Assembly (NCBI RefSeq): GCF_009834535.1
Contig: NC_045697.1
Coordinates: 117,926,001-117,990,000, forward strand
DNA length: 64,000 nucleotides
From: Camelus ferus
Lineage: Eukaryota
Direction of reading: 5' to 3'
Below the pieces are notes generated by a model. The model was not told the DNA's origin, searched no databases, and saw only the letters and a program-made list of their open reading frames with translations. How positions within the stretch are numbered: position 1 is the first letter of the stretch; every line of letters begins with the position of its first letter. This document shows, in pieces, positions 48,735-61,385 of this stretch. Both the position numbers and the translations under genes were made by a program.

Positions 48735-51020
48735 TCCGTACTTTTAATTCGCTGTGTCCGTTCTGGTATTAATGCTCCATTTCTAGTGGGAAATGTCTCT
48801 ATATAGGCGTTTACATTTTTGGGTTGCCTCGCCTCTTGTCCCGCATTTGCATTTGATGTGTCTGTGGTATAAAGGACGTGTGATGAATTAGGTACACAGG
48901 TACGTGCTCACATCTCAGAGAGCGCGGTCTAAAAAGCTAGAGGCGTGCACGTTTCAAAATTCGCACACCCCAAGCCTTTCAGGCTGAGGTCTGCATGGGA
49001 GTTAAGACGGCAGTGCTCCACGTGGCGCGGCGACTGATGGAAGCCTTTTGTATCTGGACTCTCCCAGTTTCCAGACGTTCAGCGACTCTATTCTCAGTCT
49101 CCTCGGTGACTGGACACTCTTAGTTCTTCTCAATCAGATTAATAACCCTGAAGCCGTACAGATGGCTGGCCCGTAACGTCTGACTCCATCTCAGTTCTAA
49201 AACTCCGAACCTAGAAAATGCCCAGCCGCCTGTAAAACAATGTAGGTCAATTCTTTTCCCGACTGTGGTCTGGTTCCCAAAGGTCCCATGAGGACGCGTG
49301 GGGATACAGCGGGAGACAGTGGCGCGGCATACCTATGGTGACTTTGTTAAGGACTCTCTCTGGGAAGAACAGGCAAAATCGACCATGATTGATTTCAAGT
49401 TTGATTTTCTAGGTTCATTTCACATTTTCAAATTTTATAAATAAATGTAGATGATATATGAGGAGTCTGAAGTGGCATGTAAATATTATTATAACCATAT
49501 GGCTATTGCTAGGATTTCCAGGCCTGCCAGAGTTGTGTCGTTTAACTCGAACGTCTGTGCCTATTTTAAAGCGATGTTCCAGGATCATGCCTGACAGGTT
49601 TCATTGACTGGACTTGGTTTCTGAAGTTAGCAGTGGGAGTTTTTATTTCTGTAAGTATCACTGATACAGTTCTTACCATTCTCACTTAAGATTAAGAAGG
49701 AAAATATTAAAACTAATATGTTATATGTTTTACTGGGGTGCCTATTTCTGGTAGGCTTAACAAAGGCTTTTTAAAAATAAAACAATACAAGGACATGCTT
49801 TCAGCCCCAACTAGCAGTGTGTACACCCGGGATTCTCCGGAACCTTACATAAGTGATGCCAGCACGTTGAGTTGCTTCACTTCTACGTGGGTCTTAAACT
49901 GAAGTGCTGTCAGGTGTGAGACGACCCCTGGACTATTACGTGATGCTTTTCACTAGGCATAGGGTGATGTCTAGTTTCCAATACTGGTGAATCCACAGAT
50001 CTTTTGCTTAAATTTTTCCCAGGTGAGAAATTCTTCTAGGTTCTATTCAGAGAAGCCTTGCAACAAGCCCTCTTCTGTGTGAACTGTCCCCAGGTCAACT
50101 CAGAGGGTGGGTTTTTTTGTTTGTTTATTTGTTCTGTTTTGCAAAATCTCCATGAACACCTGTCCTTTCTTTTAAGTGAAATTGACACTTTCCTGGTTTC
50201 AAAAGCATGTTTCCCAAAAGCAGCTAAGAAGATTTGAAATTGTATAAATTAATTAAATATAATAACATCTCTGGCATTTTATGTTGCCATTGAAGAATTC
50301 TGATGCACTTAAAAGACAACACACCCAAGAAATATGTTTACTTGCTTCTCTAATGAGTTACTGCACAAATCATTGAGTTCATCTCATGTGATAAAGTTAA
50401 AACCATTCCCTAATTCTAGAGCAGAGAGAAGACTTGACTTTTTATCTCGTCAAATCACATCATTCCTACTTGGAATTTCCCACGGAAGTATTAAGTTAAT
50501 TTAAAAACACCTAAAACGTGGGGTTCTCATTGATTCCTGGAGTGAACATTTCAAAACCTCTGTGAATTGAGAGGGTCGCTTGTTTCTTTTTCCCTAATTG
50601 TATCTTTTTTGAAAAGAAACCTACATGATGAAAATTTTAAAGTATTCTGCCTTTGCCAACTACTGTTATTATTTGTAGCCTTTATTAAAGTAAACACATG
50701 CTAGGCCTAGGCTCTCTATAAAGTATGAAGTTATCTTTAGAAGTAAAAACAAAAAAAGTCTGAAACCATGGAAAATCTTACTCTGGCCACCCACAGCTTC
50801 TTTGAAAGTTATCTTAACAAAATTGTTTTTGAATATTTTTTTCTTTTTTTAAGTTTTATATGCTTTAGATGCAAACTTTTATTTACTTTCATAAAATTCT
50901 TGAAAGGCACTTAAATTTTGTACTTTCTTTACTCAAATACACTCAGAATTTTACACAAATGGGAATATGAAGAAATGGCACTTTAATCTTTACTTTCTGA
51001 TGTAAATGCGTCACTGGACC

Positions 51021-51900
51021 TTTTTTTTTTTAAATTGAAGAATAGTCAGTTTACAATGTTGTGTCAATTTCTGGTGTATTGCATCATGTTTCAGTCATAC
51101 ATATTCATACGTATATTTGTTTTCATATTCTTTTTCAGTATAGGTATTGAATATACTTCCCTGTGCTGTACAGTAGGTCCTTGTTGTTTATCTATTTTAT
51201 ATACAGTAATGTGTATCTACAAATGTCAAACTCCCAGTTTATGCCTTCCCACCCTCTTCTTTCTTGGTTCCTTCCAGGTAACCATAAGTTTGTTTTCTAG
51301 GACTGTGAGTCTCTGTTCTGTAAATAAGTTCATTTGTCTTTTTTTTTTTTTTAGGTTCCACATATAAGTGATACCATATGATATTTGTCTTTCTCTGACC
51401 TACTTCACTTAGAATGACGATCTCCAGGTCCATCCATGTTGCTGCAAATGGCATTATGTTATTATTTTTTATGGCTGAGTAGTATTCCATTGTATAAATA
51501 TACCACATATTGTTTATCCAGTCATCTGTCGATGGACATTTAGGTAGTTTCCATGTCTTGGCTATTGTAAATAGTGCTGCTGTGAACTTTTTCACAGGTG
51601 TCTTTCCGAATTAGAGTTTTCTGCAGGTATATGCCCAGGAATGGGATTGCTGGGTCATATGATAAGCCCATTTTTAGTCTTTTGAGGAAACTCCATACTG
51701 TTTTCCACAGTGGCTACACCAAACTGCATTCCTACCAGCAGTGTAGGAGGGTTCCCTTTTCTCCACAGCCTCTCCAGCATTTGTCATTTGTGGACTTTTG
51801 AATGATGGCCATCCTGACTGGTGTGAGGTGATACCTCACTGTAGTTTTGATTTGTATTTCTCTAATAATTAGCTCTATTGAGCATTTTTTCATATGCTAT
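51021..51900 (-). mobile_element. 5'-truncated LINE-1 3' end
   Basis: poly(T), 3' UTR, and [40 protein letters not shown] on the minus strand. Confidence 0.93.
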
Positions 51901-54075
51901 TAAAATTATATTGAATATACTACAATACTATCCAATAAATGTTGGTCCAAAAGCACTTTTAACAAATTCTGTTAGAAATAATGTCTCTTCTTTACAAATA
52001 TGTTATGGTTACTGTTTCCTCACTGTCCACAGACTAGATGTGAGCTTTTTGAAATAGTCAAGGTCCCTTTTCCTCACAGACCCACCTAGTCCTTCTCCAT
52101 CTATTTCTGGATGGCGGCCACCAGGAAGGACCACTTTATCTCACTTCTGTGCTCAAACCCTTCAAAGCCTTCCCAGCTGTCTCAGAGGAAACCCCAAGCC
52201 TTCATTCCCTTTTTAAAATATATTTTTGACCAAATTAGCCTTCAGAAAGCAACATTTGATGTTTTTCTTATTTATAAGAGGGAAAAAAAAGAGTTACTAG
52301 GATAGTTAGGAGTTTGTTTTGAAAACAGTGCAGGTCTGCCCAAGGGAGTCTCAGCATTGCTTGGGTGTCTGAAGGCAGAAACAACAGGGCACGGCAATTT
52401 CTGGATAATGAATAGGTAACCCCAACATTAGGGGAGGCAACCCCAATGTCGTGAAGATAGCAATTAAATATTTTGAATCCAGGAGAGATTTGGAATTAAG
52501 TCTAGAGACATAATAAAGCCCCATTGTGATGTTTACATTTTGTGTTGCTCAGCAATAACGTGTATAATAAGTTGGATATTATAAGCACCATGATGCATGT
52601 TGGGGTGTCTTTTATTCAGTTTTAAAATATGTAATAGAAAAATTAATTTATATTTGTGACTTGGAGTTAAAAATAAATTGCAACTGGTATTCCAGACATT
52701 CAAGACAACTTAAGAATTACCATACTTATAACTCATTTATTGGATTTATAAGAATTTTTTAAGTGTGTGGACAGATCTTCTTTATTACAGCAGACAAGTG
52801 CAAGATTTGTGAGGAAATGGAATATGTTAATTTTATGAACATGTGTTGAAATAACTTGGAGAATTTAACTGATTAAAGGTTAAGAGTCCTGTAAAATGTA
52901 ATAATATTTACAAGCGAAATTTAAAACTTTCAAGGGAGCTTCATTCTTGACTTCATAACGTTCATACATTAAATACTAATTAGAAGTGCAAAATCATTTC
53001 TGCATATCATTTTCTATGTAAAAAGCTAATCTCAGACGCACCCCAAATTCTCAGACTGACAGTTTAAAGAGTAGTGTGACAATTTCAGCCTAAAGGCTAA
53101 TGATGACCGTGATGACAGCAGAAAGGGGGAAATGGTGCAGAATTATTGAGAGCTGAATTAGCCCAAGCTCCGACATGGGAATGACATGAGAAATCAATTT
53201 CCCAGTCAGAGAAACCAGAAAACAGACCCACCTGGCAATCCGTTCCTACTGGAGAAGGAAGAATTCATGTCATAACTTTTTCTTTGCCAGTGTATTTTCT
53301 GTTTCCCTGTGAGCGCACTTCAGTTTGTTCTGTTTCTTTGTTGCATTTTTGTGCATGTGTGTGCTGTTTCAGAGCCAATTTCTTGGAAGCGTTTAGATGG
53401 GTTTCAAGTTTAGATTAAACATGGGAATCACCAGTGTCTTGAACACTGTGTCAGTGGCTTCCAGAGCTTTCCCTGACTGCCAACTGCAGCTGCTTGCTGC
53501 CTGTGCTTCGCTCAGTGGAGACTGGCTGGCATTTTAATTTCCTCTTCAGCTGGCTGGCCGTTCTGGAGATTAGGATGAATTTACACTCACTCACAGTTGC
53601 ATAAAGGATTACCTGGGGAGCCTGCTTTAACTTCCCAGTCTTTTCAAAGGGTCCAGGTGCAAATTGATCCAATTGGTAGATGGAGATATTTTGCCAGAGG
53701 GGAGTCAAAAGGGTCCTGTGATTGTCCAGTCGGGGTGAGGTGGGGGGTGGCAGTGCCTTTGGTAGGGACAGGAAGCATTGTAGGGTACGGAAGGTGAGTT
53801 CCCTGGGGGCACCCGAGACTGAAATCTCAACCGGTGGTTGGAAAGAGAAGACTCGGCACCAGCTGGGAGCCAGGGTCAAAGAGGAAGGTTTCAAAGTGAG
53901 TTTTCTAGAGCTGATACTGAAGCCGGGAGATTGCCAAGAAAGAGTAAGCAGAGAGAAGGGAGCCCGGGGTAGCTCTGCACAGCGGGCTGAGGAGAAGCTT
54001 TTGAGGTGGAAATGAGCACGTGCACCTGGAATTGCAGAGCTGGGACTAGACTCTGCTGACTGGTGCTCAGACAGT

Positions 54076-54076
<1 letters not shown>

Positions 54077-54118
<42 letters not shown>
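54077..54118. repeat. (GT)21 microsatellite
   Basis: Direct reading. Confidence 0.95.
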
Positions 54119-54120
<2 letters not shown>

Positions 54121-54492
54121 TATGTGTTTAGTATGAACCTACAATCCGAATGGGTGATGACACATAAAAATGGTATTTCTGCACAGTCTGGAAGAACCCT
54201 CTGCATGGCTTCAGTTAGTAGAGCCGAGAAGCCCCGCCCCCTTAGAACGCGGTGTGTATTTCCTGCCGGACTCGGTCCCCGCCACTCCCACGATCTCTGT
54301 CCATCCACTTAGACCCCGCCGCTCTGTGCCTGTCTCTACCCACCTTCCCGTCCTTGAGTTTTCAATCTGTGCTTCGCTGAATTAAACAGAGAAAAGGTCC
54401 ATGCTGAGGGACCGGTGGTGCGGTGCTAGATTTTAGGCTGATCTGTTTATATTAGATTCAGTTTTTGTGAATATGGACTTTACTTTGAATGA

Positions 54493-54895
54493 TGGTATGA
54501 GTTGAATCGGACATTCCCCAAGTTCACATGTTGAAGGACCAACGCCAGTACCTCAGATATGACTCTATTAGGAAATAGGGTCGGTAGAGATGTATTTGGT
54601 AAAGCTGAAGGCCCTCCTAGAGTGGGGGCCCCGATCCCATGTGGCCACGTCCTCATGGAAAGGGGACATGTGGACACAGACGTGCCCACCGGGAGAAGGC
54701 TGTCTGAAATGAAGGCAGAGATCTACAAGCAGGGACACCAGAGAAGGTCAGCAAACCTCCAGAAGCCGTGAGGAAGGAGGGAACAGATTTCCCTCGACTT
54801 TCCTTCCCACATCTCCGGAAACATAACTATAAGTTTCTGTTATTTAAGACCAAATTCGTGGTACTTTGCAAAGGTAACCCTAGCAAACTAACGCA
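54493..54895 (+). mobile_element. MaLR solo LTR (MLT1B-like)
   Basis: tatgagttgaat...ttcacatgttgaag...taggaaatagggtc...tttctgttatttaag...gtggtactttg...ccctagcaaactaacgca. Confidence 0.8.
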
Positions 54896-54934
54896 GATGA
54901 AAAGGACATTCTTTCCTTTCTTCCTTCCTTTCTT

Positions 54935-55160
54935 TCTAAATTGAAGTACAGTCAGTTACAATGTGTCAGTTTCTGGTGCACAGCACCATGTCCCAGTCAT
55001 GCATGTACATACATATATTCGTTTTCATATTCTTCTTCATTAAAGGTTATTATAAAATATTGAATACAGTTCCCTGTGCTATACAGAAGTTTGTTTTTTA
55101 AATCTATTTTAACATATAGTGGCCAACATTTGCAAATCTCAAACTGCCAAATATTCCTTC
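54935..55160 (-). mobile_element. Short LINE-1 3'-end fragment
   Basis: Same unit as 4030-4215, extending about 60 nt further. Confidence 0.85.
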
Positions 55161-55364
55161 TGAAGATGACTTGTTGCCACTTTTAAAGATCACAGGAAAA
55201 CATCTTTTTTGCAGCAATGATGAATTATAGTCATAGAAATTAAAGAAATAATAAATATTTTGAATTATACAGTTTGAAAAAAGGAACGTGCCGAGGAATA
55301 ACATCTTGCACATTTGGAATAAGCTGTCATTATTTACCTGCGTGAACAAGTCACACAGGGAAGA

Positions 55365-55550
55365 GACAGAGGAGCCTGGGTTTGAATCCAGGGAGGATGT
55401 GGACTCGGGGGCATGTTCCCCAGGTATCACCTCTAAAGATGAACCTCACTGTGTCCGTCTCACAGCAGTGTTGTAGGAACAAGCCAGACTGAGCACACAA
55501 AGCTCTCAGCACAGCGCTGCACAGAGGGTGCGCTCAGCCCCCGGGAGCTT
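55365..55550 (+). mobile_element. Degenerate MIR
   Basis: gcctgggtttgaatccagg...cctcactgtgtccgtctc...aaagctctcagcacagcgctgcacagagggtgcgctcag. Confidence 0.5.
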
Positions 55551-57095
55551 ATATTCCCATGCGCCATCACCGCCCTCTCTTAACTGCATCATTTTAGGAA
55601 CCACCATCAGCACATCTAATGGTGCCTAAACTCTGACTTTGCATTTCTGGAGTCACTGTTAAGCTCTGACATGCTTCTTAAAAAAAAAAAAAAAAAATGC
55701 TGGGACTTTCTGGTGTACAAGTGCGGAGTATCAGGGAAAACCCAGACTAACCGGACTTAATTCTCTGTGGAGTAGAATTCTCTGGACGAGTGAGTGCACG
55801 GTTCAAAGGCTTTAACACGTGTGTGGAGTTCAAGTTCTCAGGGCCCAGGGCGCACAGTGGCGTTAACAGCACTTCACGGGGTCTTATCGCATCCGACGTG
55901 GTAGCTGGATTATGGGTTTATTTCTGCCGCTAGAAGCGGAGACTCTTTTCAGTCTTCTCTTTGTCTCTGGCCTCGAGACCCAGCAGTGCAATGAATGCTC
56001 ACTGAACACATGGAGAGCGGTTCTCAGTAAACAAAAGACAGGCAGTGCGAGTTAAAGAAGCCATTATCACCTCGGTCCCCAGGTCTAACGACATCACAGT
56101 GATAGGAAAAATAGATTCTTTCACCCTGATTTTGCTTCTCACTTTAATGATACAATCTAGATTTTCTTCAGATTAAAAGAACATTTTTGGAGAATTTATG
56201 TTAAAGGGCTACATTTGTCTGGGTTATTTTTCAGAACTTCTTTTTTGCAATTACTACAGTTACATTTTTTTTGGAAATGCTTAGCGAAATTTATGCCTGG
56301 TTACATGTATTATTCAGTCTCTAAAGCTTGCAGTAGACATTTATGTATGTATTAAAGTAAAAAAAATTAGCATTTAACATTTAATTTTATTATTTCTGAT
56401 CGACTTTATAAACCCTATTTTTTTCTCATTCACTTTAAACAGAAGCTGTCCTGCAAAGAGGTGGTCATAAAACAAAAAATTCGGGAATGGACTGGAAAAA
56501 AGTGACCTTTTGAGACAGAATGGTGTTTCTCCCTTAGGTTTTACTAAACTCACTGCTGTTTTCTTTCACATGTTATTCTTTAAGGTAAAACCAGGAATAA
56601 GACAGTTCCAGCTGGAATAAAGCATCAAGGACCAAGAGGTGTTTCATCCCGAATCTCACCGAAAAATGTGTATGTTATAACCTGATAAACGTGAAAAAGT
56701 TGCCTATATATCCTGTAGTCAGGTGATATAAGATTTTATTTTTAATTTGTAAAAATACTTACGAAATAAAATAAATAGAGAACAACCAGTGTTTTGTTTC
56801 CGGCTCTGGCAGCTTTCACCATTTTAAATGTGGTCGTTACTCATGGTGATAGAAATTCGCAGCCCTTTGCATTTTCGCTATCCCCTGGAGAAGGAGGTGA
56901 TCTCAGTTTGGTTTTAAGTACAGCTGACACACTGCAAAAACCCTAATCCGTGGAGCATTTTATTCACAAGCCAAGAGCAAAGAAGCACAAAATACCACCT
57001 TTACTTTTACCTTAGAGGTGATGTGGTCGTTTTGGGAACAGGTCGGGTGTGGTTATTATCTAAGGTTTGGGTTTCAGTTTAAGTTGATGTCAAAG

Positions 57096-57149
57096 GTGTG
57101 TGTGTGCGTGCGTGCGTGTGTGTATGTGTGAAGAGAGAGAGAGAGAGAG
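57096..57149. repeat. Compound (GT/GCGT)n + (GA)n microsatellite
   Basis: Direct reading. Confidence 0.85.
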
Positions 57150-59463
57150 GGAGTATGAACAGATTTTCTTGGGATGAATACAGTTCCATCTCCATCAGGA
57201 CATCTTTTCAGCAAAACCTCACCTCATATCATTGCCCTTCCCCCTGTGCCGGGTGTGTTGTGCACACTTGCTGGGTGTGCTGCCTGTAAGGCTCCAGCTC
57301 ATCCCTCAGAGACACCTCTGGGGTTGGATTGCCCACGCTGGGTCTGTCCCCTGCGATGCCAACCACCCCAGGCTGAGTGACCCGCCAGCCCTCCACGCCT
57401 CTGGAACATGGTGCACATGGGGCATCCCCCAAAACTTAGCACACAGGCTGTTTTCCTGCCTCTGACCCAGGAGAATTGGCCCTCCATTTTATAAAAGAAG
57501 AAAGTATAGATCGTATACATTGAATTAGTTAAAAAAGGCAAGAAGAATCTTTCAGTCTCTCAACTTGACACTTTGCAGCTCTTCCTACTTAGGGTTTTTC
57601 TGGCTCAGAACTTGAATTTCATCCTGCAAATATGCCTATTTGGGAAGATTCCTTCCAGTAACCGTGAGCTGGTGGCTTCTTTTCCAGATGCATTTCCTCC
57701 TCTCTCCTCTCTCTCTTTATCATGTAGTTTAAGGCATGACCTATTGTTAAATTTACCTATTTTCCTAATTTTTTTCATATGGCTTCCGGGTATTGCCTTG
57801 TTAAAATCACCTGTGTGTTTATAAGGAAGAAGTTAGGAGCTGGCCTGTTTTTTGCAGGTAGGGAGGGATGAAGGCACAAGAAGAGAAGTAAATGCTTCTT
57901 TGTGAAGTATATTTGTGACCCACATCATGGGGCCACAACCACCTGTGCACCTGCGAGGAAAGGTCTTTGGGCTGGGGACATTCTCGTGGGAAGTTTCCTG
58001 ACATTTTGCTTATTGAAGGCGTCCGCTGCCAAGAATGGTCCACAGCATTTGACTCCTAATAGGAGGACTCAAGTCTGACTTTGTGTTCACTGCCTTAATC
58101 AACTGAATATTATTTTCTTTCATTAAACCGGGTTTCCAAGTTTGTAGGCGCGGTCTTCTTCCTAAAGTAAACACCACTCTGAATATTGAAACACACCACT
58201 GTCCCCTCTGTTCATTTGTGCAAAGACTTCTTACACCACTGAGACCGAAGGACAACACGGGAGATCACGGCTCCCCTACATCTGTCCTGTGTCCCAGGGC
58301 AAGGGGCTGTGTCACATGTTACTTCCTTCCATTCCGAGTATTGCCCCCTCAGCTGCAACTGTTAAAATATCAAACTGAATCTTCTCTCCTCTTTGAATAA
58401 AAATTTGATGTCTCTAAAGATTGAGGGAAAGACCGGCCTCTTCCATCACCACTGACGTGTGCACACTGGCCTTCACAATGGTCTTGGATTAAGCGGGGCT
58501 GGTTCCCTCTTGACTTCAGGGGTACCTTCCTGGGGGGGCCTCCCTGAGCACCCCACGGGGAAACTGCAGCCCTCACACAGCCCAGGACCTCCCACCTGCC
58601 CTCTCTGCTTTATTCCTCCTGCTAGCACACATCGCAGTCTAACCCCACGTTTACCGTGCGTCTACTCTTTAGAAAACCGTATGAGAAGGAGGGTGGGTCT
58701 GTTTCCTTCCCTGCCGTCTCCCAGGTGTCTCTGGTGGTGCCTTCCACGCTGCGAGGCAGTGCTCAAAAATATTCTTTGTATGACTGATTCAGCATTGCTC
58801 TATGGGTCTGTCCATCATTGAGGCAAAAGGACAATCTCCGTAATTTTTTCCTCTGATTTCATAGACTGCCATGGAGGTTTTTCTTCATCTGTTTGGTTTT
58901 GTTTTCAGTGTAGAGGTATGGTTTTGCCTGCCAGGTTTTCTTTTTATAATTTTGATCTCTGGAAGCCTCCAGGGCCCTCGTTTCCTGTAAAGGCTTGGGT
59001 AGGTGAGGCCGCTAGTGCGCAGCTGTGACAGCCACCAAGAGGCCGCGGAAGATGCAAACGGGGGTCGTTCAGAGACGCCACCTGCGTCCTGCGTCCTGCG
59101 GAGACGCTGCCTGCACAAGGGCCTCCTTCTTGGAATCAATCGTCACCCTCAGAAAATCAGTGGAACGGCTGGTGTCTCTTTTTAAAGGGGTTTCTCTACA
59201 AGCAGAAACTTTTTTTTTTTTTAGTAGAGTAATTGACTTCTGCCTTCTCGCACCAAGCGCAGCTAAAAATAAACACATAATTCTTCTTACCTCCGTTACA
59301 CAAACCTTCCCAGGCAAAAAATTCCAGGAGCCTGAACACAGATTGGAATCTTTTACTCCGCTAAAGCTGGAAGAAAGCAAGGCAGCGCAGCGGCCGTGTA
59401 ATTCACGCAGGACAGTGGCGCGGAGGTTTAGCGCCTGGAATCCACGGGGGCGCCATTCGTCTC

Positions 59464-59510
59464 CCGGGTCCAGGTCCGGGTGCGGGTCCTGGTCCGGGTC
59501 CGCCAGGTCC
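59464..59510. repeat. Degenerate hexamer tandem repeat (CCGGGT) x6-7
   Basis: ccgggt ccaggt ccgggt gcgggt cctggt ccgggt ccg ccaggt cc. Confidence 0.8.
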
Positions 59511-59891
59511 TAACGGGTGACGGGACCCGCTCCGTTCCTCCTGCGGAGAGCTCCCTGGGGCTGATGACGGAGCACTTTAATAGGATCGTGAAGACCTTTC
59601 TCATTATTTCTTTGCAAACATGTAAACTTGGTCATGCCTCCGCTATTGGATGCATAAAATTTAATAGATCAGAGCTAAGACCACGGAGTTACAGGATTAA
59701 TAATACCTTTTTCCTCAAAACCTGTCAGGGCAGTTTTCCTGATATTTGTGGAATGATCTTCAGGGGAAATACTAAAATGGAAATATGCTTCTCCAAATTT
59801 CTGAGGTATGTTTAGAAAGAGCAAACCATTTTCCCCACCCACTCTCCGATAAATTCACCGGCATAAGAATCCGTTTTAAAAATGCATCAAA

Positions 59892-60034
59892 GGAGGAAGG
59901 TACAGTTCGGTGGTAGAGCGCGAGCTTCGCAGGGGTTCAATCCCCAGTGCCTTCATTAAAATAAAAGTAAACTTAAAAAACCTAATGACTACCCCCCTAC
60001 AAAAAAAATTTAAAAATTTAAGATAAATAAATAG
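59892..60034 (+). mobile_element. Internally deleted tRNA-derived SINE (Vic-1-like)
   Basis: cagttcggtggtagagcg...ggttcaatccccagtgccttca with tail aacctaatgactaccccc. TSD aaat(g/t)catcaaa at 59880-59891 and 60035-60046. Confidence 0.8.
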
Positions 60035-61347
60035 AAATTCATCAAATGCCTTGTTCTATAGGATGTTACTTTAATGTGCTTATTTTTGTAAACATTAATA
60101 TGCAGTTTTCCAATGATTGGAATGAAACTAGTGTCCAGTCTGTGTCCTTCAAAGGTTGTTAAGTCTGACATCTTGACCCATAAATCACCACTCTACACTG
60201 GCTCCACGCATCTACCCCTGCACTTCTGTTAAAATCCATATTGCCAGCACACACAATTGTTATTTGAGGGGAAATAGTAACTTTAGGTGAATTTTTATAC
60301 TTTCTGATGCTAATATATGAAAACAGGGCAACCCCAAACTTTCCCCATCTTTGGGCTTTGCAGTCAGAAGCCTTACAGCCAAATTTATTGCCCATAGATG
60401 GGAATCTACTCAACTCAGATGTCTTAGAGCAGTTATTCAGATTTCCTTTGTTATGTTCATCCTTAAATGATTTATCTCATATTGTGCTTTAGTTTGTAAT
60501 GTGCTTTGAGTTCTTTCAGAATGCCAAACCATCCGATGCAAACAATGAAAGTAACTTTGTCCTTCTGTTAGGAATAAACATGTTTCTACCTTTCATTCCA
60601 ACAGTGAATAAAATTTGGACTTCATCAGTTAGAAGAGTAGAAAGTCAACCTGAATGCTTTACTTGAAGCAATATATTTTCATTAAACCAATTAATTTTGG
60701 CGACTTAGCATTCAGAATGTCTTTTCACCTTTGAGCTCTTCAGTAGAGAGTTTTTGATCTTAAAGTGCTAGTTGTCCTAATGTTTTATAGTATGTGGATG
60801 ACTTCATATGTTTTCATCGACACCCCCCCCTTTTTTTTGTAAATTCACTTACTCAAAAAGAGAACGAGATGTATGGGGAGTAATCGCAGTTGTAGACCAG
60901 CACAGCCCGCCTCTTCCATGAGTTTAATAATATTCTTCTTTTACCAAAGTCAGCCTGTAGCTCACATGATGAAGTACTAGTGTGAGGCTTTTTTTTTTCC
61001 TTCCCAGCCAAAATGACTTTCTTTGCAAACTCTATGATTTCCCATGAATCCATGAATTTTGAAACCACTGAACAGCATAAGCAGTGCCCCAGTCTGAGGA
61101 TTAGTGGGGAAATATTTGGGGTTTTCTAGCTCCGACTGAAGGCTGGGTGAAATCAATTATTTAAGCGCTATAAAGCGAGGGTTTGGGTCTCAGACATCGA
61201 TTACAGAGCAGACACACTTAACACCCAGAACAAGCGTGTGGAGGTTGCTGACTCCTTAACCATGGCCAAGGGGTGAATGGAATATCATTCCTGTCTGCTG
61301 ATGTCACGGAGATCTCTCCAATCCAAGAGCAGCTGGGGCTCCCATTT

Positions 61348-61385
61348 ACACACACACGCGCACACACACACACACACACACACAC
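61348..61385. repeat. Interrupted (AC)n microsatellite
   Basis: Direct reading; contains a gcgc interruption. Confidence 0.9.

Noticed and set aside
53451..54308. Longest ORF in the window (285 aa, minus strand)
   Set aside because: Runs through the (GT)21 microsatellite (THTHTH) and has no recognisable domain.
4030..55160. Recurrent ~170-bp unit as a possible array or novel ncRNA family
   Set aside because: Dispersed copies that match the 3' UTR end of the longer L1s in the window; no regular spacing.
59438..59456. CTCF-like motif ccacgggggcgcc
   Set aside because: Only the 3' half matches the core consensus.
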